64,000 nt of DNA from the human T2T-CHM13v2.0 reference genome, Homo sapiens. The notes under the pieces were generated by a model. That model ran no database searches. It was not told where the DNA came from and worked only from the letters and a program-made list of their open reading frames with translations. The stretch is from the NCBI RefSeq assembly GCF_009914755.1, contig NC_060944.1, one strand, 5' to 3'. This document shows positions 27,901 to 45,009 of the stretch, piece after piece (the first letter of the stretch is position 1; each line of letters begins with the position of its first letter). A program made the position numbers and the translations under genes.

Positions 27901-28878
27901 AGAAGAAATGGTTCTGTGGATCTTTGGACAGTTGTATGCTGGCCAACTTCTTCCTCTCCCTCCAAGTGCTGTGCCTGACGCCTCCTTTCTCTGTAGTAGA
28001 GGGGAGAGGAGGTGAGAACTGTAAGAAGCACAGCTATCCCCATAAAAGAGCAAAGCCATCAAGAGAAAACACTTCTGTGACAAGGGAAAAACATGTTCCT
28101 CGACTTTCCCCATCTGTCACACCATATGCCACACCATCTATCAACACTCAATTTGCTGTATGTAGTTGAGGACATTCCTTCCACGTAGGAGAATAACTTA
28201 CCCCAATTAGATCTTAAGATTAATTTTTTTTTGAATCTTGATGCTTTGTGAGTCATTATCATTTCAGGCAGCCTTAACTGAACAGAATTGGATCTTGAAC
28301 TTAACAAAACTCAGAACTCCACACCTAAAATCTTAAATTCCAAAAATCCCATGACAGTCCATAATCCTTTGACTTTCATTTCTTTCTTCCAATTTCTCTA
28401 CATTTGGACTTCATTTTAATTTTAACTCCATAGGCCATTCTACTTCCAGGCATTATATGAGCACCTTCTAAGGGTGATAGTTTCCCTAACCCATCCTCTT
28501 TCAATAGCTAATTGAAATCTATTAATTTCAATTAGTTTAATCATTAACTTTTATTCCTTTGTTCCTTTAATCTTCAATCACATTTGCCCAGATAAACTTT
28601 ATTCCTACCATTCCTCATTGTTTTAAGTTCTATATTTGGTCTTTTGAGAACCAATGGTGAAAAATCACAGTGATACTCCTACAAATTCATGCTCTCCAAC
28701 CAATGCCTAGCTTTCTTCCTTGCCTAGTAACTCTCTTTCAAGTCCATAGTTGATTTTCTCTCTAATTCCGCTCAAGGACAGTTCCAAATGTCACCCTTTC
28801 TCTCATTTCAGCAGCTTTAGTACCTCCTCTCACTTCTTATTTCCATAAGAAAGCCCATCTGGAGAGCTCTGCCTCCTC

Positions 28879-29075
28879 CAGGGCTAGTTCATAAATGTGC
28901 AAAACCTGTGTAACCACACAAGGTTTCTAAGGGTCTTCTCAGCCCCACACTTAGAAGAGCCCTGTGCTTGCTTTAATGCTCTGCAGTAACTATCTTGAAA
29001 TTCTTAATCATTGTGAAGAAGGGGTCCTCAATTTTCATTTTGCACTGAATCCCACAAATCATGTAGCTGGCCCTG
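28879..29075 (+). mobile_element. MER91A-like hAT MITE
   Basis: TIRs cagggctag / ctggccctg; internal tcttgaaattcttaat...ttttcattttgcactg; cctcct flanks. Confidence 0.75.
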
Positions 29076-29164
29076 CCTCCTGCCAATAGAAACATGTCAT
29101 TTATACTCCTCTTGGCATTCCTGCCTCAGGATTAAGAAGGCTCTCCTCCAACCAAAGAGAATTC

Positions 29165-30268
29165 TTTTTTTTTCCTTTTAAGTTTTTTTAAATTGAGATA
29201 CAATTCACACACCATCACATTTATCCATTTAAAGTGTACAATGCAGTGATTTTTAGTATATTCACAAAGTTGTGCAACCATCCCCACTACCAAATTCTCA
29301 AAAACAAAAAACAAAAACCCTATACCATTAGCAGTCATTCATAATTCTCCCCTCCCAACAGCCCCTGAAAACCACTAATCTACTTTCTGTCTCTATAGAT
29401 TTGCCTATTGTAGCATTTTATACAAATAGAATCGTGCATTATGTGGCCTTTTGTATCTGGCTTCCATGGAAACCACCTTTGCAGAATTAAGTCAGTGAGA
29501 GAAATCTGATATACCTGACTCCATCTTGCTTCTAACCTTACAAGCTGTCTTTGCTCATTCCTGAGCATAGGCCAAACTAACTATGGGAGGAATTTAGTTC
29601 ATGTTTTAACCATAAAGCAAGGATAATAATAGCTCCTTCCCAAAACTACTCCCTCCTTGTTTGGGAACTGAAACCACCTTTATAAAACTAATGAGAAGCC
29701 ACAAAATTAGAATTACGGGAGAGGTCTGAATTTTGCTAAGACCTGCTTATAGTTAAAAGATAACTAGTCATTGTGTTTGCTCAGGGGTCTCATATGGGTG
29801 GTCACAAGATTTGTAACTTCCCTAATTGCTCCTACAGATAACATTGCTGTTGCAAAACCTGAAACTGGTGTTTGAGATATTTTTCATTATTTTTCATTCT
29901 GGCAATTGATTAACTACCCATACCAAGGATCTGATTCAACTTGGCCCTGTGACCCCCATGTAGGAAATGGCTCAGCCTAAGAAGACAGCTTCCATCCACT
30001 ATGATTTCATCCCCAACCCAACCAGTCAGCATTGTCCATTCTCTAACCCCCTGCCCACCAAACTATCCTTGAAAAACTTTAGCCTCTGAACTTTTGGATA
30101 GGCTGATTTGAGTAATAAACTCCCATTCTTCCATCTGGCTAGCTCTGTGTTTATTAAACTCTTTCTCTACTGCAATACCACTGTCTCAGCGAATAGCTCC
30201 ATCTGTGCATCAGGCAAGAAGAGCCTATCAGGAAATTACACTTTCACCTCGCATAATGTTTTCAAGGC
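29165..30268 (-). mobile_element. L1MB 3' end split by LTR8
   Basis: aattgagatacaattcac...tttgtatctggcttc | LTR | ctttcacctcgcataatgttttcaagg continues the L1MB sequence. Confidence 0.75.
29467..30240 (+). mobile_element. LTR8-family ERV1 solo LTR
   Basis: gaaaccacctttgca...gactccatcttgcttctaacct...aactaactatgggaggaatttag...gagtaataaa...ttaca. Confidence 0.85.
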
Positions 30269-30399
30269 CAAGGTGAATTCTTGTGTTCCTTCTTTGGACC
30301 CCAGCCTCTCCTACTGTAGAGACAAACTCAGAGTTGTTCTCACTCTCCATCGTTCCTTTTACAGATCCTGAGTAGAAGGTGAGTCAATGTAATTAAATC

Positions 30400-32085
<1,686 letters not shown>

Positions 32086-32548
32086 AAATCACTTCTAGAG
32101 GTCCTATGCGATTCTGTCTTTTTTTTTAGCTGATTCTCAAATAACATTTTATACAGAAAGCAGCACAATATACTCAATGGATTGGAGACTTGATGGAAAG
32201 CAATAGAATCCTGAAAACTGGTTTGTGGTCGTCAACCCTTTAAGAATCTGATTATATCTGGATTCTGTCCCTAAAAAGAATGCTCACACATACCCAGGGG
32301 TTTGTGTACAATTTTGGTAAATTCCTGAAACTTATTCATAGGCTCTGCTTGAAATTTTAAACCTGAGTTCTGCTTTCTCCTGTGCACTTCTGAGCAGACC
32401 TAGCTCCCAAGAGGAAGTCCCTACTCACTACCAGGATTGAAATAAGCAGACTAGCTTGAGGGCATGAGGACTTGATTAAATGTATTAACATATCAAAGGA
32501 AAGATGTGCACAGCAGAAGGGAAATAGCTTAGCCCTGGAAACACATAA

Positions 32549-32923
<375 letters not shown>

Positions 32924-33136
32924 TAGCAGTGTCCACCTTGGCACCATTGGATCAAAGTGAACATTGCAGTTGTAGCCCACAGAAAGCATATCCGATCCCA
33001 GAGACAGGAACTTCCCTGGTGGGAGACAGAGGCATCAGGCTCTTCCAAACCTGAGCCACTAATTCTAATTCTCCTTTATCATTCAGTTACATGACAAATT
33101 TTTATTGAGCACCTACTATGTCAGCTACTGTGCTGG

Positions 33137-33750
33137 TGAAATCATCCTATCCCCACAGAGTTGACAAGAATTGCATGCTGGGTTCTAGACAGAAATATAG
33201 TTAAAATTAAGCATTAATCAGGCAGCATTTTGGCCCACTTCCTTGTTGCTAAAAGTCATATAGCGCTAGATGCTAGCCATTTGCATCCCCATTTTCCCCA
33301 TGGATAGGATTTCCAAAGTTTTAGGACATTGGAAGTCTTATTATTGGAAGAATTGATTTGCAACCCATCATTCCCATAGACAGGATCTCTGACATAGGAA
33401 TCATAAGGCTCTTGTTTAAGGATTCCTTAAAAGGTTTTTTAGACCCTGAATTCCAGCAACCAGTTTGAAGACTCCCACAGAGGAACTGGATCAGCATGAG
33501 AATACAGCGTCTTTACCTCCCTGTCCCATGACTTCACCCTGCACTCTTCAACCAGTCAATGATCTCCACACATTGGCCCACTCCCAAACCCTTAGAAACC
33601 GTAACCCCCGATTCCTCTGGGAGGTGGATTTATTATTCCCTCCTATCCCTCATTTGGTGACCCTGTAATTAAACCTTTCTCTGCTGCAACCCAGTGTCTC
33701 TGCATATTGACTTTCTATGTTCATGGGGCAATGAATCTATTACAGTTACA
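33137..33750 (+). mobile_element. ERV1 solo LTR (LTR26-like, tentative) inserted in an L2 fragment
   Basis: tgaaa...ccccacagagttgacaagaattgcatgc...attaaacctttctctgctgcaacc...gttaca; TG...CA ends. Confidence 0.7.
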
Positions 33751-34136
33751 ATAGGGATGGAGAAACAAGGGTGAAGATGATAGATTTGAACTCAGCTCTC
33801 CTGGAGTTTGCCTTGTGTTTTGTTTCCTTGCTTACTCAGCAACCCTCTGATTCCAATACTGCAGCAGCCTTTACCAGAGATTTTGACTATTAGATATTAC
33901 AATCCAATTATTTTCTTCTCTTTAGTGAGAGATATTTCTAGCTGCTCTGAGTAGAGACTCCAAAAAAATACACCACAAAACAGATCTTCTACCAGTAAAA
34001 AATAAAAATAAAAAAGCCACATAAGTGATGTCCTTACTTATATATATAAATGGAGGTCTGTTGGTGCCATTGTTCTAGAAAATGGGGAATTAAAAAGCAA
34101 CAAAAACAAATTTGTGTTTTGAAAAGCTTGGGGGGG

Positions 34137-34523
<387 letters not shown>

Positions 34524-35221
34524 CTAAGGAGGAAGTAGTCCTTCTCCAGTGTGAAGGTAGCTGTAATCCTTGGGGCTGCTGCAGATCTAACAGCTCACAG
34601 CCTTTGATCTGAGAAACACCAGGCATCACCTTGAAGCTGAGCAACAGGAATTTAGGTTTTACTACCACACTTCTGTTAAAAAAAATTGTCAATGGTTCTG
34701 CTAGCAAAGACAGGACCAGCATTCACTGGAGAAACATACACCCCACTCACCAACATTTTCTCTAAGTCACTCTCCTCTTAACACAGCATTGATCGACCTT
34801 AGCCTATTTGGCAGTAAGCACCACAGCTGGGCCCGTCATCCAACCCCAGGTTGAACCCAAGGAGCTTTGGTCAGCTGGGATGAGACCTCCCTATACTGAG
34901 TTTTGCCCTGCTGACAAGGAGACCACTATCAGAGTTGCTACTGCTGGGGCAACACATTGACACTTGGGGTTAATACAGGAGCAAGAAGCCCCTCGCCCTG
35001 CACCAGCTTCCCTCCCTTTAATGATTCAACGAGGTCAGCTTCGACTCAGCAAGCAGGCTCCCTCCAGCATGGTCTGGGTGCTGAGATGGGATAAAGAAGG
35101 AAGGTACTATTTCCCTGAGGTATGGCTGTAAGCACACTGGGACCCCCGAGCAGACACTCACAGGAGGGGGAGAGACCTGGCCATTATCCTAGCTACTATG
35201 ACTGGCATTTGAAAGTTTGAA

Positions 35222-35391
35222 GTAGTGATCGGGAAACTTTTTCTAAAAATAGCAGATATTTCAGTTTTGCGGGCCATATGGTCTGCCGCAGCTACTCAAC
35301 CTGCCTTTGTAGCAGGAAAGCAGCCACAGACAATGTATCTAGGAATCAGCATGGCTGGATTTGGCTGCTGGTTGTCTTTTGCCAATCCCTG
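35222..35391 (+). mobile_element. MER58A-like hAT MITE
   Basis: aaactttttct...tttgcgggccatatggtct...gcagctactcaac...aaagcagccacagacaat...tttgccaatccctg. Confidence 0.75.
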
Positions 35392-35997
35392 CTTCAGAAC
35401 TGCACTCTGGGAAATGGCTTGTGGCACCACAAGATGTGTTTGACTACCCTGGGACTCACTCCATCCTAACAATTCCTCAGCCTCCACCTTTGCTCTGCAC
35501 AGGGAGAAAGCAGAAATAAGCAAATCCTGATTTAGCATGTTTAGATCTTCGTGCCTCTTAAATGAACAAACTTGGCTAAAGGAAGCCCATCCCTGAGGGA
35601 TTGGACCTGTCCTCACTGGTTTTTGAGCTTCAGAGCCCAGGGTCATTTTAAATTCTCCAAACTAATGAATGCCTCACATTCCCTCTGGGGGAATGGCCAG
35701 ATTTTGTTTGGTTGCATTGTACTGCCAGTACTATTTGTTTGCCTTCTTGTGAAGGCAGTGATTCTGATATAGTATGTGGAGAGAGAATGAGATATTGGGA
35801 CTCAGGCAAAATGGTGCCAAATCTCAACCCAGTCTCTAATTTGGGGAACCATTTGTCCTCCCATGTTCAGCTCTGTCACTGTCTATCAGGGATTCCAGCC
35901 CAGGGCCCTGGGATCTCACAGAGCATCACAAGGCTCTGGAAAGAGCATGGTGGAAGTGCTCTGCAAACAGGATAATTCCGATTCTTACACTGAATTA

Positions 35998-36457
<460 letters not shown>

Positions 36458-37039
36458 CTATGTCCTCATAGAGTTGTGGTGAGGATTAAATGAGAAAATC
36501 CATGTGATGTTATCTGCATGCTCTCTGGCACATTCCAAGTATTCTATCCATGCTTTTGTCCTTTCTGTTGTTTTAGAACAGTTCTCTGCCTCACCTTATT
36601 TTAGCATAGTCATGAAAAGCTTCTGGGGTGCAGTCCATGCTATGCCCAGTCTGAAACCAAGAGTAGTTTATGGTCAGTAGCCATCATCATAAGTAACCAG
36701 GTCCTAAGCCTACTCTCAATAATAACTACAGCCCATCAGAGATTTCCCTAAATCAGCTGGCTTAGAAAAGCAGGACAATGCCTTCTGCACCATCATCTAC
36801 ATCATTTAGTTTAAATGGCAGAATCTGAAAGTTAATTGCTTTATTTATTCATCTGTCCTTCAAAAAAGCCTTTCATTATTTATTATTGACTACTTTTTGT
36901 AAGGTGTCAAGAATATCCTCTAAAATGGACCTGTTTTGTTTTGTGTTTTAGAGGGTCTAGGGATGAAGAATTTTTTTTTTTAAGAAAAAGAAATGCATTT
37001 CTAGCTTATCTTAGTTCTCACCTCAATACTTGAGTATCT

Positions 37040-37835
37040 CCTTCATTCATTCATTCCTTCATTTATTCAACAAGTTTTAACTGAGCTCCTACTATGTGTA
37101 GAAGCAATCATAGCAGTGAGTAGAACTTATGTTTCAATGTAGCTAAGAGATAATAAACAAATAAAAATATAAGTGTATAGTAATCAGCTATCAAAGAGTG
37201 CTATGGAGGAAAAGTAAGTAGAAGGATGGGAATGCTGGAGATGGGGGAAGACTTGCTGTTTTATAGAAGATGACTGAGGAAGGCTGCACAGATATTCAAG
37301 CCAAGATCCCCGGAAATAAGAGAGCAGGCTATGCAGATGTATGCAGGAAATGCAAAGAAGAGGCTACAGCAAGGTTTGTAAACTCATGGGATATCAAGGA
37401 AGCTTGGGTGCCTGAAGCAGAGCAAGCTTGCAGTGAAATAAGTGATTTAAGGTCATAGAGGTGAGGGCACAAAGGGGCCATCATGTGGCACCTTGTAGTT
37501 TTTTCTGAGTAGATTGAGAAAGCCTATGATGGTTTGAGCAGAGGAGTGACAATGTCTGTGTGCTGGCTGGCTGCTGTGGGAAAACAAACTGTAAGGAGAC
37601 CAGGGGGGACATAGGAGTCTCAGCAAATCCAGGGAGAAGAGATGGAGCTTCAGTACAAGGTAGTGATCAGTGGAGGTCCTGAGAAGTGGTAGATTCTAAA
37701 TATACTTCAATAAACTGTTGCCAGAATTGGCTGGATGGATTTGGATGAAGGCAATCCAATTTGGTGGATTGGGTGTCACATGTAACAAAGAAAGAAGAGT
37801 CAGATGATTCTGAGGTTATGCAATTATAAGGTGAG
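37040..37835 (-). mobile_element. L2 fragment
   Basis: ttcattcattcattc...attcaacaa...gagctcctactatgtg; gtggtagattctaaatata...gatggatttggatg. Confidence 0.8.
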
Positions 37836-37856
37836 CAGGAACACATGACTCCAGAG

Positions 37857-38021
37857 CAGTGCTTCTCTACCGTGAATGAGCTCACAAACTACCTGGGGAT
37901 CTTGTTAACATGAAGTTTCTGAGTCAGCAGGCCTGGGAAGGGCCTGAGAGTCTGCATTTTGAACCAGCTTCTAGATGCTACTAATAATGCTGGCCCATGG
38001 ACCAAACTTTGAGAACCACTG
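37857..38021. mobile_element. MER5A-like hAT MITE
   Basis: cagtgcttctc...acctggggatcttgttaa...ctgcatttt...ggaccaaactttgagaaccactg. Confidence 0.8.
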
Positions 38022-38034
38022 TTAGAGAAAAGTA

Positions 38035-38218
38035 ATGCATCTTAGTCATTAATAAACTGGTCTTTGGAGCCAGAATACCTAGGTTCATGTTCTGGCTCCA
38101 CCATTTCCTACCAATGTCACTACAGATAAGCTAGGTATTTACCTGTGCCTCAGTTTCTTTATCTGTATCATGGGGATCATTGTGAGAATTTCATGAGTCA
38201 GAAATATAAAGTACTTAG
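38035..38218 (+). mobile_element. MIR
   Basis: tctttggagccaga...cctaggttc...gtgcctcagtttctttatctgta. Confidence 0.8.
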
Positions 38219-39672
38219 GGGATGCGAGAATAGTTCAACATATGTGAATCAAAAAACATGATTCACCACATAAACAGAACTAAGAACAAAAACCATTTGA
38301 TTATCTCAGAGAAAGCATTTGATAAAATTCAACATCATTTTGTGATACCTTTGACAAACTAGGTACAAACAGAACATACTTCAAAATAATAAGAGCCAAA
38401 TATGACAAACCCACAACCAACATCATACTGAATGGACAAAAGTTGAAATCATTTATCCTAGTAACTAGAACAAGACAGGGATGCCCACTCTCACCACTCC
38501 TATTCAACATAGTACTGGAAGTCCTAGCCAGAGCCGTCAGACAAGAGAAATAAATAAAAGGCATCCAAATTGGAAAAGAGTAAGTCAAATTGTATCTGCC
38601 CACTGATAACATAATTCTATACATAGAAAACCCTAAAGACTCCTCCAAAAGACTCCTGGACTTGAAAAGCAACTTCATTAAAGTCTCAGAATACAAAATC
38701 AACATACAAAAATCAGTAGCATTTCTATATACCCATAACGTTCAAGTTGAGAAACAAATTAAAAACTCAATCCTATTTATGATAGCCACAAAAATAATCT
38801 AGGAATACATTTAACCAAGGAGGTGAAAGATCTCTACAAGAAAAACTCCAAAACACTGATGAAAAAAATTGCAGACAATGCAAACAAGTGGAAAAACATC
38901 CCATGCTTATGGATTGGAAGAATCAATATTGTTAAAATGACCATATTACCCAAAGTAATCCACAGTTTCAATACAATTCCTATCAAATTACCAACATCAT
39001 TTTTTACATAATTAGAAAGAACAATCTTAAATTTCATATGGAACCAAAAAAAAGCCCAAATAGCCAAATCACTCCTAAGCAAAAAACAAACAAATCCAGA
39101 GGCATCACATTACCTGACCTCAAATTATACTACAAGCCTCTAGTAACTGAAACAGCATGGTACCAGTACAAAAATAGACATAGTGATCAATGGAACAGAG
39201 TAGAGAACCCAGAAATGAAGCCACATACCTACAACCAACTGACATTATATAAAGTTGACAAAAATAAACAGTGGGAAAAGGACACCCTATTCAATAAATG
39301 GTGCTGGGAAAACTGGCTGGCCATATGCAGAAGAATAATCTGGACCTCCATCTCTCACTATATATAAAAATTAACTCAAGATGGATTAAAGACCTAAACA
39401 TTAGACCTGAAACTATAAAAATACTTGAAGAAAACCTAAGAAAAATTCTTCTGGACATTGGTCTAAGTGAAGAATTTATGACGAAGACCCCAAAAGCAAA
39501 TGCAGCAAAAACAAAAAATAGGCAAATGGGACTTGGAGTAAAAAGCTTCAGCACAGAAGAAAAAAATTCGGCAGAATAAACAGACAGTCTAACAGAATGG
39601 GAGAAAATATTTGTAAATTATGCCTTTGACAAAGGACTAATATCCAGAATCTACAAGAAACTCAAACAACTC

Positions 39673-39706
<34 letters not shown>

Positions 39707-39708
39707 AA
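38219..39708 (+). mobile_element. L1 (L1PB/MA-like) internal ORF2 fragment lacking the 3' UTR and polyA
   Basis: RT-region peptides ([52 protein letters not shown]); ends in (CAA)n. Confidence 0.93.
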
Positions 39709-39746
39709 AATCCATGACTCAATAGTCATGGATTATTTGTTGTTAT

Positions 39747-40102
39747 TGTATTAGTCTGTTTTCATGCCACTGATAAAGACATATCCTAGACTGAGCAATT
39801 TACAAAAGAAAGAAGTTTAGTGGACTTATAGCTCCACATGGCTGGGGATGCCTCAGAATCATGACTGAAGGCAAAGAGAGGCAAGTCACGTCTTACATGG
39901 ATGGCAGCAGGCAAAGAGAGAGAGTTTGTACAGAAGAACTCCTCTTTTTAAAAGCATCAGATCTCATGAGATGTATTCATTATCACGAGAACAGCACAGG
40001 AAAGATGTGCCCCCATGATTCAGTTACCTCCCACCAAGTCCCTCTTACAACACATGGGAATTCAAGATGAGATATGGGTGGGGACACAGCCAAACCCTAT
40101 CA
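39747..40102 (-). mobile_element. THE1A/B solo LTR
   Basis: tgtattagtctgttttcatg...gggacacagccaaaccctatca; perfect 5 bp TSD gttat. Confidence 0.93.
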
Positions 40103-40943
40103 GTTATAATATCAATTTAGTAATTCACATTCATCAGGAAAAAAAGAATAGGTTTTTAAATATTAAGGCTATGCATTGTTCCATGACTTTTTTTTTTGTA
40201 TGTGTGTCTTAGATCATGTTGTGAAATGTATTTCTTCTATGCATTTCTTCTGAGGGTCTTGGTCAAAAAATGTTTAAAATCACTTGCTATAAACACCAAA
40301 GCAATGTAACTTTCAAAGATTAACCTGGTGTACAGCACCACCACATAACAAATTCAGACCAGCATCCTACAGCAATGGGCAGGCATTCTTGGGGCTGTGC
40401 AAGGTTTGTGTTCAGCAGTGACCCCATGTGATAGCAAAGCAAATGCATTAGACTGGTCAGCGCTACCAGTCCCCTCTCTGCCTGATGATGGGAAATAAGT
40501 CTGACCCCATTGAACTGAGCTAGTGACCCATATGCACTGAAATTCTGGACAATTTGGGGAGGAGAGAAGCCTCAGGAGGCATCTTGCTCAGCGGGGCTGT
40601 AACAAACATGATATAGTAATATTTATACTCCCAGCTAGTTCAAAAGGTTATGTAGTTGCAAAAGGTTTTCTTAAAGATTTTTGTAGGGAGAAACCAGGAT
40701 CTTCAAAATTGTGTTGTAAAATATGTTGTTTCTCAGTGAAAGTCCTTCCAGAGTGGAGGGAGCCAGATGGCAGCAAGGTGTACGCCTAAGAAGCTGAGAA
40801 AGGTTGCAGGTAGAAATAGACTGAATAATCAGTGACTATACTTCAGGGGTGGTTGCTGTAATATGATACATGTGTGATATCTGATGTTATAAATTACCTT
40901 ATATTCTCTGCTAATAATTCTATAGTAGGACAAATAGTTAATA

Positions 40944-41291
40944 CAGTTGTGTGCCTCATCATGACTTTTAGGTCAAGAATGGACCACTGAAGTGATGGTG
41001 GTCCCATAAGATTATAATACCACATTTTACTGTACCTCTTCTATGTTTATATATATGTAGATACTCAAATACTTTGCATTGTGTTCCAACTGCCTACAGT
41101 ATTCAGTACAGTAACATGCTACACATGTTTGTAGCCTAGGAGCAGCAGGCTATACTGTATAGCCTAGGTGTGTAATAGGCTACACTATCTAGGCTTCTGT
41201 AAGTGCACTCTAGGATATTTGCACAATGACAAAATCACCTAATAGCACTTTTCTCAGAATTTTATCCCCATCATTAAGCAACACATGACTA
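40944..41291 (+). mobile_element. Tigger3a (MER7A)-like MITE
   Basis: ggtggtcccataagattataatacc...gcctacagtattcagtacagtaacatg...ttaagcaacacatgact; TA flanks. Confidence 0.85.
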
Positions 41292-41661
41292 TATGTTAAT
41301 ATTTGGTTTTATATTACTAAATCCAAACAAGGAAACTTGTTTTAGGAGGGCAGAATTTTCCTTTTTATCAGTATGCTGCAACTATTAACACTGGTACTAG
41401 TTGTGACAGCCTAGGTTTTTGTCCCAAATTGCTATTTAAAAACCCAATATTAAATGGAATAAGTAGAGAAACCACTGCCTCAATTAGCCTAATAGAAAGT
41501 GTAGGTGAAGAGGGAGTGTAGAAGGCTTTGTTGGTATAGATTCAGATCCCAGGCATATGTAAGGATGGCTTCAGCCTTATCTCAAGTAGTTTCCCTAAAT
41601 AGTCCCATATATTTTGCAAGACCAGATACCACTTGAAAAAATCTCTCTTCCAGATAATAAT

Positions 41662-42274
<613 letters not shown>

Positions 42275-43157
42275 AATCATCTTTCATTACAAAAATCACA
42301 GAAATAAAATCTTCCTAAGATTCCCTAACTGGCTTCAGGAGGTAATGTTTTCTGGTTAAAGCTAAAAACAAGCATCACAAATAAATTTTGCAAGACTGCA
42401 CATCACTTGAAAAGTCTCTCCTCCAGATAATAATCGTGGTAATTTTAAAACGTGGCCTCAAACTTGAAGGGACTCCTCCTGTCAAATGATGGGTCCTATG
42501 TCCTCTCCTCTTGAATCTGGGCCAATCTCTGTAGTTAGAAATTAGGGCTTTTTCTAACTACAGAGAGCTCAGAGAGCAAAAATATATGTAAAAGTAAACT
42601 GTAGCTAATTCTTAAAAATAGGAACTATGCTAGCTTAGCAAATTCACTGATTAGAGTCAGATTTACATTTCTGCTTTCAGCTGTGGTCATTTGTGTATTT
42701 GGACAACAGATACCCTTTGATCCAGATTGAAGGCCCACGATGTCAATGTGTCACTCCTCACATCTCACATTGGGGAACACACATGCAAGACTAAAATTGG
42801 AGTCAACACTAACAAGGAGGCATGAGGCAGTCTGCAAAATTAAACCAACTGTCAAACAGCACAATTAGAAGGGTAAGGGTCACTTAAGGGAGCAAAGGAT
42901 GATGTTTCTGGATGAGAGAGATGAGCTAATTGTCCCCATTGGGCAAGGGTATGGTTCTGAGGTTACTGGCATTAAGATAAAAAGAAAACATGTCAGTTTT
43001 AGGATCTGATACCAGATTTGCTTCTTCAGGCAAACTCCTCCCAGGAACTGAACCCCTGTATTGTCTGGGTATTTGTAGAATAGACAGTGCTTCCAACCAC
43101 AACTTTGGGCAAGACATAGAAATTTACAGTTCATTTAAAATGACTGAGAAAATAAGG

Positions 43158-43272
43158 AGGTGGGTACAGTAGGGTGTGCCTGGAGGCTAAGGCTGGAGGA
43201 TCACTTGAACCCAGGAGTTAGAGACTACCCTGGGCAACATAACAAGACCCCATCTGTTAAAAATAAAAAATT
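43158..43272 (+). mobile_element. FLAM / Alu left-monomer remnant
   Basis: ggaggctaaggctggaggatcacttgaacccaggagttagagactaccctgggcaacat. Confidence 0.75.
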
Positions 43273-43849
43273 AAGAATGACTGAGAATATGGTCCATAAT
43301 CCAGATATGCAGAGAAGGGCATCTTGCTGGTGCTGCTGCGATACTGCTCTCATGTGCAGGGTGCCCACAGGCTGACTTTCTGGTGGAAGCCTGTGAAGAT
43401 GTTTCCAAGGGCATAGTTCCCTGGCAAGAAGAAGTTCTCTACTCTACAGGGACCTCATCAGACTCTTCTCCATCTCTTTATCTTCTACCCTCAAGGTGTA
43501 ATCCACAGCTCATGTTGTCCCCTCTGACTCTCTACTGGCTGGGGTACTGAAAAGACGGCTCAGGATCAGGACCCTATTGTCCATTTGACTCATCTGGAAA
43601 CTCAAGAACTTCCCCTATTCAGAAAGTGGAGGTGGAGCTGCTCCCTTCCCTCTATCATCTCTCACCAATCACTTTAATCTGATCAAAAAATCCAGAGATA
43701 GGGCAACAAATGCACAGAGCAGTGAGGCAAAGAAAGCAAGTCCCTCTTTCTTCCAAGTAACCAGACTTATGGTGCCCTTTTCCCTTGACTGGAGGAAGGG
43801 AGCACCTTCCCTTCCCATATCCTATAGGACGGAGTAAGTTTCCACCTGA

Positions 43850-44194
<345 letters not shown>

Positions 44195-45009
44195 CTGCTA
44201 ATTCTTTTTATATAGGCTGGCAGTAGGGGAGTAATGGGGAGACAGTTGGAGATGCAAATCATCTGAGAAATATCTGGCAGCTCTTTAGTTTCCACATGGC
44301 ATTTATCTCCACCTCTCCATCGTTCAAAGACAACTAAAAAAGTTATATGTAACATTCTCTTGCACCTGCCCCAGTTACTCTTGGTATTGATCTAGTTATC
44401 TACTTCACCTTCCAGACTGTGATCTCCTTGAAGGCAGGCATGTATCTTCCCATCTAGCATATCTGAAGAACTGGATAAATATTTCAGTGAACAGAACCAG
44501 TTTTAAGATTGGGACTTCACTTACCTTGAAATCGTTACTGCCAGCTTTCATTTCAGCAGAGATTTTTATGATGCAGATTCTAAGAAAAATTAATTACCTA
44601 GGTATTTCTGAACTTGCCGAACTGGAAGAAATGTGTTCTTAGGATAATCAAAGCCTGGCTGTGTGGCTCAGTTAGAATCAGAGAGGGTACCCTCATCTAG
44701 CCTCTTCCAAAATACCGAGCCAGGTGGCTGGATGAAAAGAGGGTTTGACTCCCTGAGACTGCAGGCAGGAGATGAGTTCCTAATAAATAGGTCTCCTTTC
44801 GTTATTGTGAAATAAGATCAGTAACAGCCTCAGAGTGAGCAGAGATAAGCCTTTGTGCCTGTGGGGACTTGAGTTTAAGGGGTCCTACAGCAACACTACC
44901 TATCATCCACATAGCTTGGAATGGCCAGATACAGATCAGGAAAGCAAAATTCAACTGTGGTCCTTGAGGTGGCAGGCTCAAAAAGGGGTCAGGTATTTAT
45001 TTGCTTTCT

